From the NCBI RefSeq assembly GCF_009914755.1, contig NC_060932.1: DNA of 64,000 bases; one strand, 5' to 3'. A program made the position numbers and the translations under genes. The notes below the pieces were generated by a model that had not been told where the DNA came from, ran no database searches, and worked only from the letters and a program-made list of their open reading frames with translations. This document shows positions 38,978 to 53,614 of the stretch, piece after piece (the first letter of the stretch is position 1; each line of letters begins with the position of its first letter). The DNA is from the human T2T-CHM13v2.0 reference genome, Homo sapiens.

Positions 38978-39419
38978 GATGGTGGACGATGGGTTGAGGG
39001 GAGAAAATAAGAGAGGGAAGGAGAGAGAGAGTGAGACATTGATTCATTATAAGATATTGGCTTACACAGTTATGAAGATGGAGGAGTCCCAAGATCTGCA
39101 GAGTGAGTGCACAAGCTGTGGACCCAAGAGAGCTGATGGTATGGTTCCATTGTGAGTCTGAATACAGGAGAAGACCAATGTCCCAACTCAAAGACAGAGA
39201 GAGAACAAATTTTCCTCACTCAGGATTTTTCTTCTATTCAGGCCTTCAACAAATTAGGTGAGGCTTACCCACACTGGGAGTGCAATCTGCCTTACTGAGT
39301 CTCCTGATTCAAATGGTACCCACATCCAGATACATTCTCACAGACACACCCAAAATGATATATAACTAAATATATGTCTACTGTGTGGCCCAGTCAAGTT
39401 TACACATAAAATTATCACA
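38890..39419 (-). mobile_element. MLT2B-like ERVL solo LTR containing (GT)n
   Basis: attagtcagagttctccagggaaacagaaccaatag...tcacagacacaccc...ggcccagtcaagtttacacataaaattatcaca. Confidence 0.9.
38939..38976. repeat. (TG)n microsatellite
   Basis: About 18 TG units. Confidence 0.95.
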
Positions 39420-40119
39420 AAAGTTAAGGAGTTTTCTACATATCAAATAGTCAGACCCCAGCCCACTTCTCCTATTCAGTTCACAGAATTTTGTCACCTC
39501 TGTTAAACCCTCCAGGCAGAAAACAGAGAAATCTTCCTCTGGTGAATCTGCATAGCTTAAGAAGTGAAGACCTAGAAGTACTGAAAGTAGGATTCCCTCA
39601 ATTGAACTGTCATGCCAGATGATCCTACAGAGAATGTCAGTGTCCAAAAGTTCTTCCCACCCACAGAGCTCTTCAGTGAGTCACTCTGAAACATGCATCT
39701 ATGATCAGGGATCAGGAGGCACTAGATGAAAAGCCTCTATATTTAGAAGGGAGACAGAATCAACAAAAAATGTTTAAGAAACACAGACAATGCAAGAAAA
39801 AAATTTTATTTTTAAAACATCCATTATTAATATCTATCAAAAGATAAAGTAGTACTTTTTTAATCCAGAGAAAATGAGAGAGTAAGTGAACTGTGGAAAT
39901 TGAAAACATGATACTAGAACAGTTAAAAAATTAAATAGAATGGAGAAAATATAAACTTGAGAAAGTCCTTTCACACATATAACAGAAGGATAAATTAGTA
40001 GAAAATGGAAGAGGGAGGACTATTAGAGTATCAGTCCAGAAGTTACATCACTTAAGTAAAAGGAGTTCCAAAAAGAGCAGACAGAAAAACAGAGGTAAAT
40101 AAAACATCAAAAACCATAG

Positions 40120-40501
40120 GGTTATAGGCTGAATTGTGCCATTCCAAAATGTATATTTATTAAGCCCTAACCCCCAGCACCTCAGAATTTGGGTGTATTT
40201 GGAGATAGGGCCTTTAAAGACATAATTAAGGTAAAATGAAGTCATATGAGTGGGCCCTGATTCAATATGCCTGTTGCCTTTATAAGAGAAGATTGGGACA
40301 GACACTCACAGAGAAAAGATGATGTAAAGACACAGAGAGAAGAGGGCAATTTTCCAGCCAAGGAGAGGTCTTAGAAGGAACCAATCCTGTAGACACTTTG
40401 ATCTTGAACTACTGCCTTCCAGAATTATGAGAACATAAATATCTCTTGTTTAAGCCACCCAGTCTGTGGAGCTTTGTTTTGGAAGCCCTAGAAACTAATA
40501 A
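40120..40501 (+). mobile_element. MLT1B-like MaLR solo LTR
   Basis: gttataggctgaattgtg...ctaacccccagcacctcagaat...tttggagatagggccttt...gtttaagccacccagtctgtgg...ctaata. Confidence 0.88.
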
Positions 40502-41980
40502 AAATAGTTCAGGAAATTTTATATCTCAAAAATAATAATGACTAAATTGAAAAATCCATCATGTGCCAATATCATGAATGAACAACAACGACAACAAGAA
40601 AAGCCCATGATAAGGCACTTTATGAAATTTCATAGCACTGGCAAAAAAAAAAAATCCAGAAAGAATGAGCACATGCAAAAGATGGATTAGAAATCAGAAT
40701 TTCACCTGACTTCTGAAAGGCAATACTAAGAGTAGAAAGACAAGTGAAAAACGCTTTAAAATCGGAAAGATGGTGATATCTAAACTAGAATTCTATATCA
40801 ATATGAGTTATCAGTCATGTATAAGGACAACATAAATACATTGATAGATGCGCAAGACCTCAAATTATGCATTGTCCATGCACTTTTTTTGACAACTTCC
40901 TGGAGATTCTCCATCAGAAAGAGAAGAAAACCAAGAATGAGGAAGCTGTGGGATGCAGGAAGTAAGGCATAAAACACGCAGAAAAGTGAAGGATGTCATG
41001 TGGATGATGGTGAAGGGGATCCCAGGATGAGAAATGCACACCATGCCTAGAAGAAAACCAGTCCAGGTCCGAGGAATGAATAGAGGACATTAACAGGGTA
41101 CTTGAGAGGCTTAAATGTACTGAAAACACCTTGCAGTAAAGGCAGAGTTTGGGAATGAATTAGTGATTTAAAAACTTGTTTAAAAAAACTAAGCAAATAA
41201 TAAAAATAATGTCAGTTCTTAACTTCAGGTAAAACTATCAGTTGTAAAGCAAGGTAAATGAAATCATGAGTCTGTTGTGACTAACATTTACATAACTATG
41301 ATCATGTAAGAACTCATTTAAACAATTATGATACAATGATACTGGAGAATAGGGAAAGGTTAGGACAGTGGGGAGGGGAAGCTCTAAAAAAACAAAATGT
41401 TTCTCACAGCCTCACACAGCCTGTAGAAGGCAGCTGATAGATCCCATGAAAACCTAAGAAAAATCAAGGAAACCACAGAAAGAGCTAAGAGATTTGAAGA
41501 TGATTATCATTTTGAATGGGGGATATGGTGGGAAGGGGCAAGCAGAGGGCAATTGTTCAATGTAAAAAGCCTCATAGAACTGTATGACTTAAAAAATGTA
41601 CACATGTATAACATGAGTAGACAATTTAAATAACAAAACCCATTTGTACCCACATCATTACTAAATAATCTTTCCATTCTCTATTGTTTTTGATGTGGCC
41701 AAGTTGCAGACTAAATTATATGTTTATATGCTCATATTTTTAAGAGGAGAGAGGCTATTTGTACTATTTTATTATCTAGCAGTAGTTGTACTCTTTTATT
41801 ATTATATACTATTATCTCGATAGTAAATAATAAATCAATTTATTTATAGTTGATTCATCAATTTATAATAATATCAATTTCTAACTATTTTCAAGATCAT
41901 GATATCACAATATACTTTATTATTGGGAAAAACTATGGCTTCTTTAAAATTCTTTCTAAATTTCCCCAGAAATTATCTGA

Positions 41981-42475
<495 letters not shown>

Positions 42476-43927
42476 TCACCTATTCTTTTAATGTTCAACT
42501 ATTTCTTACTGCATTCTTCATACTGCAGCAAAGAAGTTTCCTATCACTTCTTACAGATTAACCTTTTACTTCTCATTTTATTCTTCTGTAATTAGTCCCA
42601 AGTAAGTGTTAAAAACATGTAATTATCAATGTATTTCTATTTACTGTATAATTTATTTCAAAATATATGTAAGGCAACTCAAATCTACAAAACTAGAACC
42701 ACGGACCTAAAGTTTAGATAACAAACCTGTCAGAGAGCTGAACAAATACTAAAAACCCTAATTGTGGCTTCAACAGATTTTGTAACATTCATACCATGGC
42801 AATTTAGCAGGTGGATGACAATATCTTTGCCTTCATAACACTGCTAGCGGGCAACATTAGCCTACAATAGCTTGAAATCATCAATTAGCAGATGTTGTAT
42901 GAAACACTGAATTCTGCACAGGAAAGGTGGTTTAGAGCTATGATGGAGCATGTAAGATACTGATAAAGACTAAAGTTGAATATGCAATATGGGAAATCAC
43001 GGTGTGTAAAATCGAGATGGAACAGTTAGTGATTATAATTGTAATAACAGTAGTAATAACTAATAAAGTATGCTTTATATCTTTATTTTTCATTTAATCT
43101 ATCTTTTTTTTCATAATGTCATCCCCATCATATAAATATATTCAAATCTTCTTGTCACTGCATCTACAATGAGGCGGTGAATCTCTCCAGTTTCACATTG
43201 CATCACAATTACACCTTGATGACACCTTGGACCTGATGGCTCTTATGGCAAGCTCAAAATGGGTCCCAAAACAACTGGGTTGAACACCAAGAGCAAAACC
43301 GATAAATAGAGCCATTTATATATGGGTGTGAAAAACATGATGGGACTCCACTAAATGCTTCTTGCCTTTTAGATGACAAGTCACCGGTTCTCATAAATGT
43401 TTTTGGTACTTTATCCTTATCAAAAATATTCATTGTTACTTCAGGTAAACACAGATTTTAGTTCCCTTACAAAAATTCCAATTAAAGTTTTAGACAAGGA
43501 GAGAGTAAAATAATAGAGCAGTAATACTTTCATTTATTTTAGGGCCTATTACCTGATTTCTTTAGACCTATTATCAGATCTTTACTAGCTGAAAGTCAGT
43601 TTACTCGAGGACACAAAGCATAAGCCTGTCCTTTTTTCCCAGTTGATTTATAAGGCGCCATTGCACTCAGAGCTGAAATTGCTTGCCCATATTTACTCCA
43701 TTTTTAGTCAGGACAGCTCAGTTTAGCCAGTAGCTCAATAACTCTCACTGAAGTAAGGTAGCTCAAAATTTGTTTTCTATTTTTATTTTTAGTCTTCCAT
43801 AATTGCTCTTTATTTTACCCTTTAAATTCTGCTTGTTCTCACAAGGCCAAGGTATAGCCCTATCTTGGAAATGTGGATAAGATAAATTAAAAATGTTGCT
43901 TAGAGTTTTAAAGACAGACAAGGCAGG

Positions 43928-44445
43928 TGTGATGGTTAATACTGAGTGTCAACTAGATTGGATTGAAGAATGCAAAGTATTTTTCTTGGGTGTGTCTGTG
44001 AGAGTGTTGCCACATTTGAGTCAGTGGACTGGGAGAGGCAGACCCACCCTCCATCTGGGTGGGCACCATCTAATCAGTTGCCAGCATAAAAGTAGGATTG
44101 GAAAGAGCAGATTTGCTGAGTCTTCTGGCCTCCATCTTTCTCCCATGCTGGATGCTTCCTGCCCTCAAACATCAGATTCCAAGGTCTTCAGATTTTGGAC
44201 TTGAACTTAAAGCAGTTATTTGCCAGGGGCTCTCAGGCCTTTGGCCACAGACTGAAGGCTGCACTATCGGCTTTGCTACTTTTGAGGTTTTGGGACTCGG
44301 ACTGCTTTCCTGGCTCCTCAGCTTGTAGACAGCCTATTGTGGGACTTCCCCTTGTGATAGCGTGAGTCAATTCTCCAATAAATTCCCCTTCAGATATACA
44401 TCTATTTTATTAGTTCTGTCCCTCTAGAGAACCCTGACTAACACA
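43928..44445 (+). mobile_element. MLT2A2-like HERVL solo LTR
   Basis: TGtgatggttaatactgagtgtcaac...ctctagagaaccctgactaacaCA; 5-bp TSD gcagg/acagg. Confidence 0.93.
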
Positions 44446-44489
44446 ACAGGCGATGCGATGTTTAAGTTTCTTTATCATGTGCACTTTGG

Positions 44490-44820
44490 GTAAGGAAAAT
44501 AGGAAAATGTTCGTCAAAGGGTACAGAATTTCTATTATAAGATGAATAAGTTCTGAGAACTAATGTACCACATAGTGACTGTAGTTAATAATACTGTGTT
44601 GCTTACTTGAAATTTGATAAGAAAACATCTTTTAAATGTTATCACCACATACATCCCCAAAAATGTTAACTATAGGTAGTAATAGATGTGTTAATTAATT
44701 TGACTGTAGTAACCAGTACACAGTGCATACATGTATTAAATCATGTTATATGCCTTGAATATATTCAATTTTTATTTGCCAATTAAATGTTAAATAATAA
44801 AAACATTTTTAATTAAAAAA
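44490..44820 (+). mobile_element. L1MA9-like 3' end
   Basis: gtcaaagggtacagaattt...ataagatgaataagttctg...gtgactgtagttaataatactgt...ttgaaatttg. Confidence 0.85.
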
Positions 44821-45765
44821 TTAAAGTCTTCCCTCAAAAATATTTTCCTGATGAAGTGAATATTGTCATATTTGAATCATGACCACATCCACAAAATCAC
44901 ATGTAGAAATGCATTTAAGTAAAATTATTAAATTGAGCCTGTGAATGTAATAAATATTATAGAGACGCAAAGATATGTGACTTTAAGCAATGTAGCACTG
45001 CCTTGCTGTGCTGGAAACTAGCAACTGATAAAAAAGCATAAGGCATTTTTTTTTAACAAAGGCTTTATGCAGACCTCCATTTATTAATTATTCACACACA
45101 TCTTACTTCTAAAATGACTTTGAGACAGCTTATAGTAAAAGCCCATATTCAATAAAACATTAAATAAGGTAAAAAGAATAGGAGTGCATGAGAAATGTCT
45201 GGGGCGGGGAAGATTTATGAAGAGAATAAAAGGTTCAGAGAGTAGAAATTATACCAGTAACTCAAGGCTAAATGTGTGAAATCATACAAGTACATTTAAT
45301 TCAGGGCATTCTAGCAGCCAAGGCAAAAAGGGAAAGAAATGCTTTTCACACTTTTCGTTGTCTATTTACAGAAGTGTGCCTTATTGTTAAGCACATTTTT
45401 CCTAGTACTTAATTTGTTCCATAATATAACTATATCAAACATTGAACATAAGTGACAGCCTTTTATTAGCAGTCTCATAAAACATATAGTTTTTATGTGG
45501 TCAACACATGCAACTCTAAAGGCAAAGAAAATAAGATAAAATAGCAGTATCTGTGGAAACTAAACAAACGCATGTTTCAGGTTTTCATTATGTAACTATA
45601 AAAGTTAGAACCGCCCCTATGCTTTTCATTAAGAGTATTACTGTTAAAAGTCTGAAATTAATATGTGACATAAAAGTATATTAACAAACCTTAAAAGCTG
45701 CAATTACTCTGACATTTTAACAATTCTTTCCTATTCAGAATCTGAAACAGACCATATACATCATA

Positions 45766-45916
45766 GTGTATGTGTGTATGTGTGCGTGTATGTACACATA
45801 TTTTCAAATACCTAGGAATACATATATATGTGTGTGAGTGTGTGTGTGTGTATATATATCCACACATATATATGTCATATATATGTATACACACACATAC
45901 ACACACACACACACAC
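45766..45916. repeat. Compound (TG)n/(TA)n/(CA)n microsatellite
   Basis: Alternating purine-pyrimidine tract, TG-rich left and CA-rich right. Confidence 0.9.
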
Positions 45917-45979
45917 TTCGGAATTTCAATCTTTAGAGTTGCATTAGTATTCCAATGTGTGTATATATATATATATACA

Positions 45980-46330
45980 CACTCAGCCATAAAAAGGAAC
46001 GAATTAACTGCATTTATAGCGACCTGGATGAGATTGGAGACTATTATTCTAAGTGAAGTAACTCAGAAATGGAAAACCAAACATCGCATGTTTTCACTGA
46101 TACGTGGGAGCTAAGCTATGAGGATGCAAAGGCATAAGAATGATACAATGGACTTTGGGGCCTTGCGGGGAAGACTGGGAGCGGGGTGAGGGATAAAAGA
46201 CTACAGATAGGGTGGACTGTATACTGCTTGGGTGATGGGTGCACCAAAGTTTCACAAATCACCACGAAAGAAATTACTCATGTAACCAAATACCACCTGT
46301 ACCCTAATAACCTATGGAAAAAAATAAAAA
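45980..46330 (+). mobile_element. L1PB1-like 3' end
   Basis: ctcagccataaaaagga...gggagctaagctatgaggatgcaaaggcataagaatgatacaatggactttgggg...taacctatggaaa. Confidence 0.92.
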
Positions 46331-49300
46331 GTGAACATTAAAAAAACAGTAATTCTCTACAGTCACCAAATTTGTTATTCAGGTATAATTTGTGGAGGAT
46401 CTAACAAAACATCAACATAATTATCAGTACCTTTTAGAAAAACTTCAATATCACTACAAAGGACATCATCTTATTATCTGCATTGATAATCAAATCAGTT
46501 AAATGAACTGAAATACTCAATATTTTAAGGAAGTTAATAGGAATTTAACAAACACCAGTTCCTCAAACTGTAGTTTTGACTTTAGTTCACTGAGGTATGC
46601 AAGTATTTATCCACATTTGAGTAACACTTAATTTTTCCAACACTTTATTTATTATTGAAAAAAACCACAGGGTAGAAAATGCCACCAGTGCAAAGTCCCC
46701 AGAAATGGTTCTACCATTACATACGAGGACACTTGTCCTCCCACAATGTTCTCTTGTCTCTATCAGCAATCTTGTGAATTCATTAAAGAGGAGACATTTA
46801 TCAGGAAAGAAGAAAAAGTGTTTTATTTTATTCTCACTCACTCTTGCATTCTTTTGTTGTCATTGTTTGGATGATTTTGTTTAGGTTTCCTTTCACAGCA
46901 CAGATTGATGACTTGGTTTAATTAAATTAAACAAATTAGTTCAATCCTATTTTCCAATGTGAATTTATTTGAAAATTTAGATAAATAGAAGATGAATTGA
47001 ACAAACCAGTCACCTAAAAACTTCTTCGCATTTTGATTTTATGTTGAGTAAAAGGGCCAGGCTCCTGCTAAAGCTGTGTCTTCCGTATTCTGCAGCATTA
47101 CTAAAGGTGTATACAAGATTGCTGCACTTATTTTGTAGCATGTATAAGAAACCACACAGTTCTCCCCACACAGAAACATGTTCCTCTCCAGTTCTCAATT
47201 ATTATTTTTGCCAGACAGGCCATTCAAGCTAGCAACAGGATGAGTCACTTGAAAATATTTTATCTACTCGAATCTTAGAACTTTAAGAAAAAAATTGAGA
47301 ATTTTCCTGATTTGTAAATTATATAAGACCAAAATGAAAGTAATACCTGCTAAACAGAGAGGGTATGGGAGAGAATTAAATGAATGTATGTGTAAGAAAT
47401 GACTAGCAGAGTGACTAGCATGTAAGTAGGGACTCAATGAAACTTTTTTTCCTTTCCAGATTAAAAGATCTTTCCTATATTTTACAATACATTTTTTATA
47501 ATTATTACATATATTGATGATTGTACATATTTCCATCTCCTACATTTTGGGAGCAGGAAACTTATTTCATCTTTGATTTCTCTGTGTCTGACTTAGTATT
47601 TACATATTATAGGTTCTCACTAACTATTCTTTGAATAAATCAAATAAGCATAAATAAAAGCTTTTAAACTGGATGAAGTTTATTGATCACAAATTATACT
47701 TTCAATAAAGGTGATAAGAAGTTAAATGTAATCTAAGGTACAAACATAAAAATATTACCTTCAGCTCATATAACATTACAGAGAGGCATAATTTAAATTA
47801 TTTCCTGGATTATACTTAAATATATTATTCTCACGTCTTTAGGAATCAGACAATGTGCCACATTGTTTAATACAAATTGAATTAAGCTGGAATTTCATGT
47901 TATATGTAAAACTTATGTAAATAAGTTTTAGGAATATAAAGGCAAACTCATCCAGTATAAATGTATAGATAGACTTGTCCACTAACAATTAGACTGAATT
48001 ATCTCTTTTAATAATCTCTCTTGGATATGTGCAAAACACTTAGTGACATACAGAATTCCTAAACAGAAGTTTCATGCTTTATAGAATCTATTGTCCCTCG
48101 CCGTCAAAAATATAGTCAGCAAGCATTTATTTCTACAAAATAGGAGTCAGTAGATCCATTAAATATTTACATAAGTCTGTCGTTGATGTATGTGAATGTG
48201 TTGCTTTTGCAAATAAAATTTTCCTGTATTAATGGTTAAACTTGATTTGGCACATACTATGCTCAGCTATTAAATATTGCCATTACCTGCTCTCAAAAAA
48301 GTAAAGTAAAAGGCCTGGAAAAGGCTCAGAATCCTGCAGGTTGTAGCATTCTGGCACCCACTCATCATATAAAGATTTTAAATTACAGTAAGATATATTT
48401 ATTAAAACATTTATTCCCATGTGGACAGATTATAATTGGTCGTCACCCAGCATGAAAGCACCAATAGACAGCATTAAGATTAGAGACTATACATAGCATA
48501 TTGTATGCAAAACAACATCTCCATTGCAAATACCTCTCTGTTCTTCATAGATTACTTCACAATTTGATATGTAAAACACTTGTATATTTAAGAAACACAC
48601 CATTTACAAGACAAAATTGCTGAAGTATAACCTGTAGGTATAAAAATGTCAACAATCTCAGCACTTCAGTTTTTAATTGGTGGTGGAATAACGGTGCTAA
48701 TTATGGAAAATGAGCTCAATTAATTATTGTGAGAGTGTGATGCTGCAAGGAGAACCTACAAGCCTAAGGGCCTTTAGAAAGTGGATAAGTAAAATTTCTA
48801 AGCAAAATAAAATTTCTGTAGTAAAAATTCTAAGCAGCCCTTGTTACCTTAATGACTAACAATGACTGAATGAATTACTTTACCATAGTTTCAAGATGGT
48901 GCAAATATCTGAGCACAAGCAAATTTACCAAACCAAAGTAAAATTAGCACTTATCTTAATGTAAATACAAATCATCAGGTTCTGGAGCAGGTAGCTTATC
49001 ACAACACATGACGATAGATGCAGCTCCCAGAATGAACATTACTCCTATAGAATACATTCAGTAATACATTCTACTGATTGACTGTCCGTACTTCTTGTTT
49101 TAGAACATTAGCACGTTGTATGAAAAACTGTTTGAATGAACCTTTTAAAATATTTCTTATGTATTAAGTTTGTGGGGAGCCCTAACCCCTAAGAAATGGT
49201 GTATCTGTTTGTGGGAAATTCTCAGAAGAAGCTCTTAAGTGCAAACCATGTGAACCTGTCCCCTGAAATGAGGAATCTGCTGAGAAAATGGCAAAGAGTT

Positions 49301-50082
49301 AAAAGCCAAAGAATAAGCCACGGACAAGGAACTTGTAAAGGATAGCACCTATATGCAAATTGGAGCCAAAGAGATCAGAACAAAGTAGATGAGAAACCAC
49401 ATGGCAATTCAAGATGGCTGCCTATGAAACAGACACAACTCGGTGGTCTTCTCTAGCTCTTTCTGCGACTCATCACTTATTCTTGCGTTTATTTCATGAA
49501 ATCATTTCTCAGAGTATGGTTTCACGGTCCTTCACTAGATTCAGTATCATGGCCACCATGTTTTCTGGCATATATAGAGAGGTTAAATAATCATGTGTTG
49601 ACTGAACAAATGGCAGAGATTAGGGTATAATAAGAAACTTGCTGGCTTTGATGCTAGTGGATAAAAATAGTTTATGAGCTAGACAAGCAATTAATACCTA
49701 TATCAAACTTCAGGAAAGAGCTCAGGTGAGCATGTTCATGGATATACTATAATGAGAGAAGAGTCATTCTAAAGAATACTTTAAGTACTTGGTGTCCCAA
49801 TAAATGACCCAGAACAAATAAGTGCATACAAAGATTGCTAGGATAATCTTTAATTTATCTTCATTTAAACAAATTAATGTGCTAAGTGCCTCTTTGGACT
49901 CACAATACTTTACATACTAAACATACAGAAAAAGACTAAAAATAAATGGAAGATATGCTTTTTTATTATGATTCCATCAGGGAAACTAGATATTTAAATA
50001 TAAGTATTTTGACAAATAGCTGCCTCATAGAGATCAAAAAGATTGAGCTGAAACAGCAATTATATGTAAATATAGTAGGTCT

Positions 50083-50166
50083 TTTGAGATATCTATTTGA
50101 GATCTCTATTTTCACTCAATATGAGTGCCTTTGAGATCTCTATTTTCACTCAATCTGAGTGCCTTT
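50083..50166. repeat. 34-bp tandem duplication plus a partial third unit
   Basis: tttgagatctctattttcactcaat(a/c)tgagtgcc at 50096 and 50130; partial unit at 50083. Confidence 0.92.
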
Positions 50167-50989
50167 TGAAAGAGTTTTTCCATGAAATCTGAAGTATTCT
50201 TTTAAGAGATTCTTAGGTTCTGAATATCTGAACTGCCAAGCTCCACAGAGTTTGTTTTGCTTATTTATTTGTTTTAACAAAACCTTGCTTTTGGATGAAA
50301 TCACCCAAAAAACTTAGTTGTAACTCCTTCTTTTGCCAAATAAAGAAATGAAAAAATAATAAGTTATCCAGCAATTTACTAATATAGTCTTTAAGGTTGA
50401 TGTATTTTTCCATATCAGTCAAAATTTGGATGAAATACAAAGTGTACAATTTCTATTATTTGAGGTAATTATAAATGCATTTTCTGTTATTAATATGTAG
50501 TAATTTACTGTTTCATATATTACAAGGATAAGATTCTGAAGATTTGTAAATCAGTTACTAAATGGTCATAATTTATGTCTCTAAAGATTGTGATGTCTTA
50601 AATCAATAGTCTTGGTTTGCATTTAGAGTCTCTGCAAAATTTTTCAGATAATAGTATTTTAAAATAACAATTTTTTATTTTATATATCGAATGTCACTAA
50701 TATATACAGATCCAAGGACACCAAACATTACAGGTAAATATATTGGAAAGAGGAGAAAGGAGGTAGAAACATGATTAAAAGTTCTTATCTAAATAATATT
50801 TTTTATATTTCTGTTTTATTTTCCTCCTTTTGTTCTCTTTCATAAAGATCCATTTTACTGCATGATTTCTTATGTTATATGCTTCCATTGAAGCATGTAT
50901 GTTTCACACAGGTATAAATCAAATCGTTAAAGTTGTATGTGTGATTAAATGGAGTTATTTTCTCCCCATTCTTCAAGTCATACACAGCA

Positions 50990-51069
50990 AGTAAAACTAT
51001 CAGAATTACAGTCTTAGAATAGACTATGACAGAGTAAAGCTATCAGAATTGCAGTCTTAGAATAGACTA
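50990..51069. repeat. 43-bp-period tandem duplication
   Basis: agtaaa(a/g)ctatcagaatt(a/g)cagtcttagaatagacta at 50990 and 51033. Confidence 0.92.
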
Positions 51070-51207
51070 AAGCAGATGTATACGGTGGCCTGTACTTAGT
51101 AACACAGCATTTAAGTGTCAGAACACAGAAAGAACCCAAGAATTTCTGAGGTATCACCCGTAGGCTTTCAAATACCATGCGTGAGATTTCAAAAGTTGTG
51201 GCAATTT

Positions 51208-51561
<354 letters not shown>

Positions 51562-51999
51562 CTAAAACACTAAGATAATTGATCCTTAATACTGTGTCTG
51601 TGTCTACATATCACTTTTGGATAGTCAGTGATTCTCCTTTGGTGATACCCATGGCTTGATGAAGGTTGACACTTAAAGGAACACACTTCTTGCTATCCAA
51701 CCGGTATGTCTTGACCAGTTTTCTGTACGTGTTAATTGTAAAAAGAAATTATTCATCGTTCACGTGAACACATCCTTAATATCCGTCCATTCCATTTCTT
51801 TTCATAATGGTAAGAGAAGGACAGAGCATAAGCAATCAATGTCTAGAGAAAAGAAAATAATGAAAGTAGGGAAGCATCGCACTTTTAGGCAGCTACAAAA
51901 TGTATGCGTTATTTTTGCTTGTCCAACATTGCTCTTCCTTATGCAAACAAACTGTATTTCCTGGAAACTTATCCAACTCCTACCCTATTCCTGCTAGTT

Positions 52000-52450
52000 T
52001 CATGCTCCATGCATTTCACACTAGCCTAATCTGACTGATTCCCACATGACCCAGGCACTGGCCTCTGTGGTTAGTTCAGAAATCAGGTGGCTCTGTATGG
52101 GCTAAGCAGGATAAATTCCAAGACTATGGATCTTTTAAGAAGGATGCACTGCCTTTCAGTTAAATATGCTGAACTTGTAGGAAGTATATGTGAAACTGCT
52201 GCTAAATATCCTTTCACTATAAAGAGAGAGCCTGACTGAGACTACACCTAACACAGAGCAAAGCAGAGCTAAAAAATGTAGAGAAATTGTGTTCTGACAA
52301 CACTGTGTGAGCTTATTGTAGATGCAAATCAAGGTCTACTTGTAGGCTTTTTTGTTACACAAGCCAGTCAATATATTATTTTTCTCTCACTTCTCTGTCT
52401 CTCACCATCTTCAGTTTAAATTTCTGTCACCTGAAACTGAAATGGTTCAG
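52000..52450 (+). mobile_element. Old MLT1 (J/K-like) LTR
   Basis: gagagcctgactgaga...aacacagagcaaagcagagc...gttacacaagcca...tttctgtcacctgaaactga. Confidence 0.55.
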
Positions 52451-53614
52451 ATAAAAGGACTCCTTTCTAGTTGCTTAACTTGATAACAGGTAGTGACTTA
52501 TGCTTCAGGGATATTTTAGCCCTCAATATTGTTTCAGACACCAGAAAAAACACACTTTCATCAGCACATCAAAGCCATGTATTATTCAACAATTCATAAT
52601 GAGAACTTAAGTCTCCCAAAAATATTCCACGAGATATGGAAATTCAAATAAATCATAACATTTTACATTTCAGGAAACAAAATTAGAAAGAAAGAGAAAG
52701 AGACAGAGAGAGACAGAGAAAAAAACCTAGAACAAACAAGTTAAAATCAATTTGATATTGAATGTCAGCACATGAGTTTGTTAAATAAAAGATCAAAAAT
52801 GACAAAAGAAAAAAAAGTTCAAAACTCTGCCATGCTGTCTCAGTAGTTTGTTGTTCTGGTTCCCCATCAAAGGTATTTTGCTCTAAGAGAAAATCCACTG
52901 CATAATATTTTTTTAAAATGACTGTAAATTATAAAAATATGCATCTAGATTTATATCACCTGTTAATTGAACAGAGGCATAAAAGCATGTTTATCAGCTT
53001 AAATATAATCATTTTGCTTGCTCAGGTCTCCTCTATTGTTATTTGTTTATCATCAGATATTTTAAGGGGGGAATTTCTTGAAAGAAAAGGGGACAACAAG
53101 ATGCTTTGTTTTAAGCTGATGAAAATAAAAGCTGAGGCTAGACCATTGTTCTGTCTGCAGGAGACATTCAATAGCTGTTTACTTCTTGCCTGAGACCAAA
53201 CCCAGAGTTAAACTTTGCAAAACTGAAAAGTAATAAACCAAGCATCTCTAGTAAAGAAAGCCCTTATTTTCTTTTAGCCACCTTTTTGAGCCACTTCACC
53301 ATTTCACTCTGCCAATGCACATCTCTCACTCTGCCAGGGCCTTCACACTCTGCCTCATTTGTACCTAAAGTTGCTCTCATGAAACTAGCTAATGGAATCA
53401 TAAAACCTAAGGAAGAGGTTTGTAAGTGATACTTCTTAGAGCTCGGCTTTCTGCACAATTACCTGAAGGCTACTGCATAAAATGAGGGTGAAAACCAGAA
53501 GGAGGCCAGAGTTTCAACCCTGGCTTCAAACAGAGATGTTCAACTTTCATCTAGTTTATATCGAAAGACTTCACTTAAAACCTTATTTGGGGAAAAAAAG
53601 GAAGTGGGGAGTAA

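Larger units (their letters stand above)
38405..41630 (+). mobile_element. HAL1 (half-L1) element, interrupted by MLT2B and MLT1B
   Basis: aaaatgacaagggg...aaacccacaaaggaaaagaga...ttttggag...gaaagctgaaac 5' region; decayed ORF1-like A-rich body; 3' end tagaactgtatgact. Confidence 0.65.

Noticed and set aside
45691-46114. Cys/Val/His-repeat ORFs
   Set aside because: Translation of dinucleotide microsatellites running into L1PB; same for 38746-39191.
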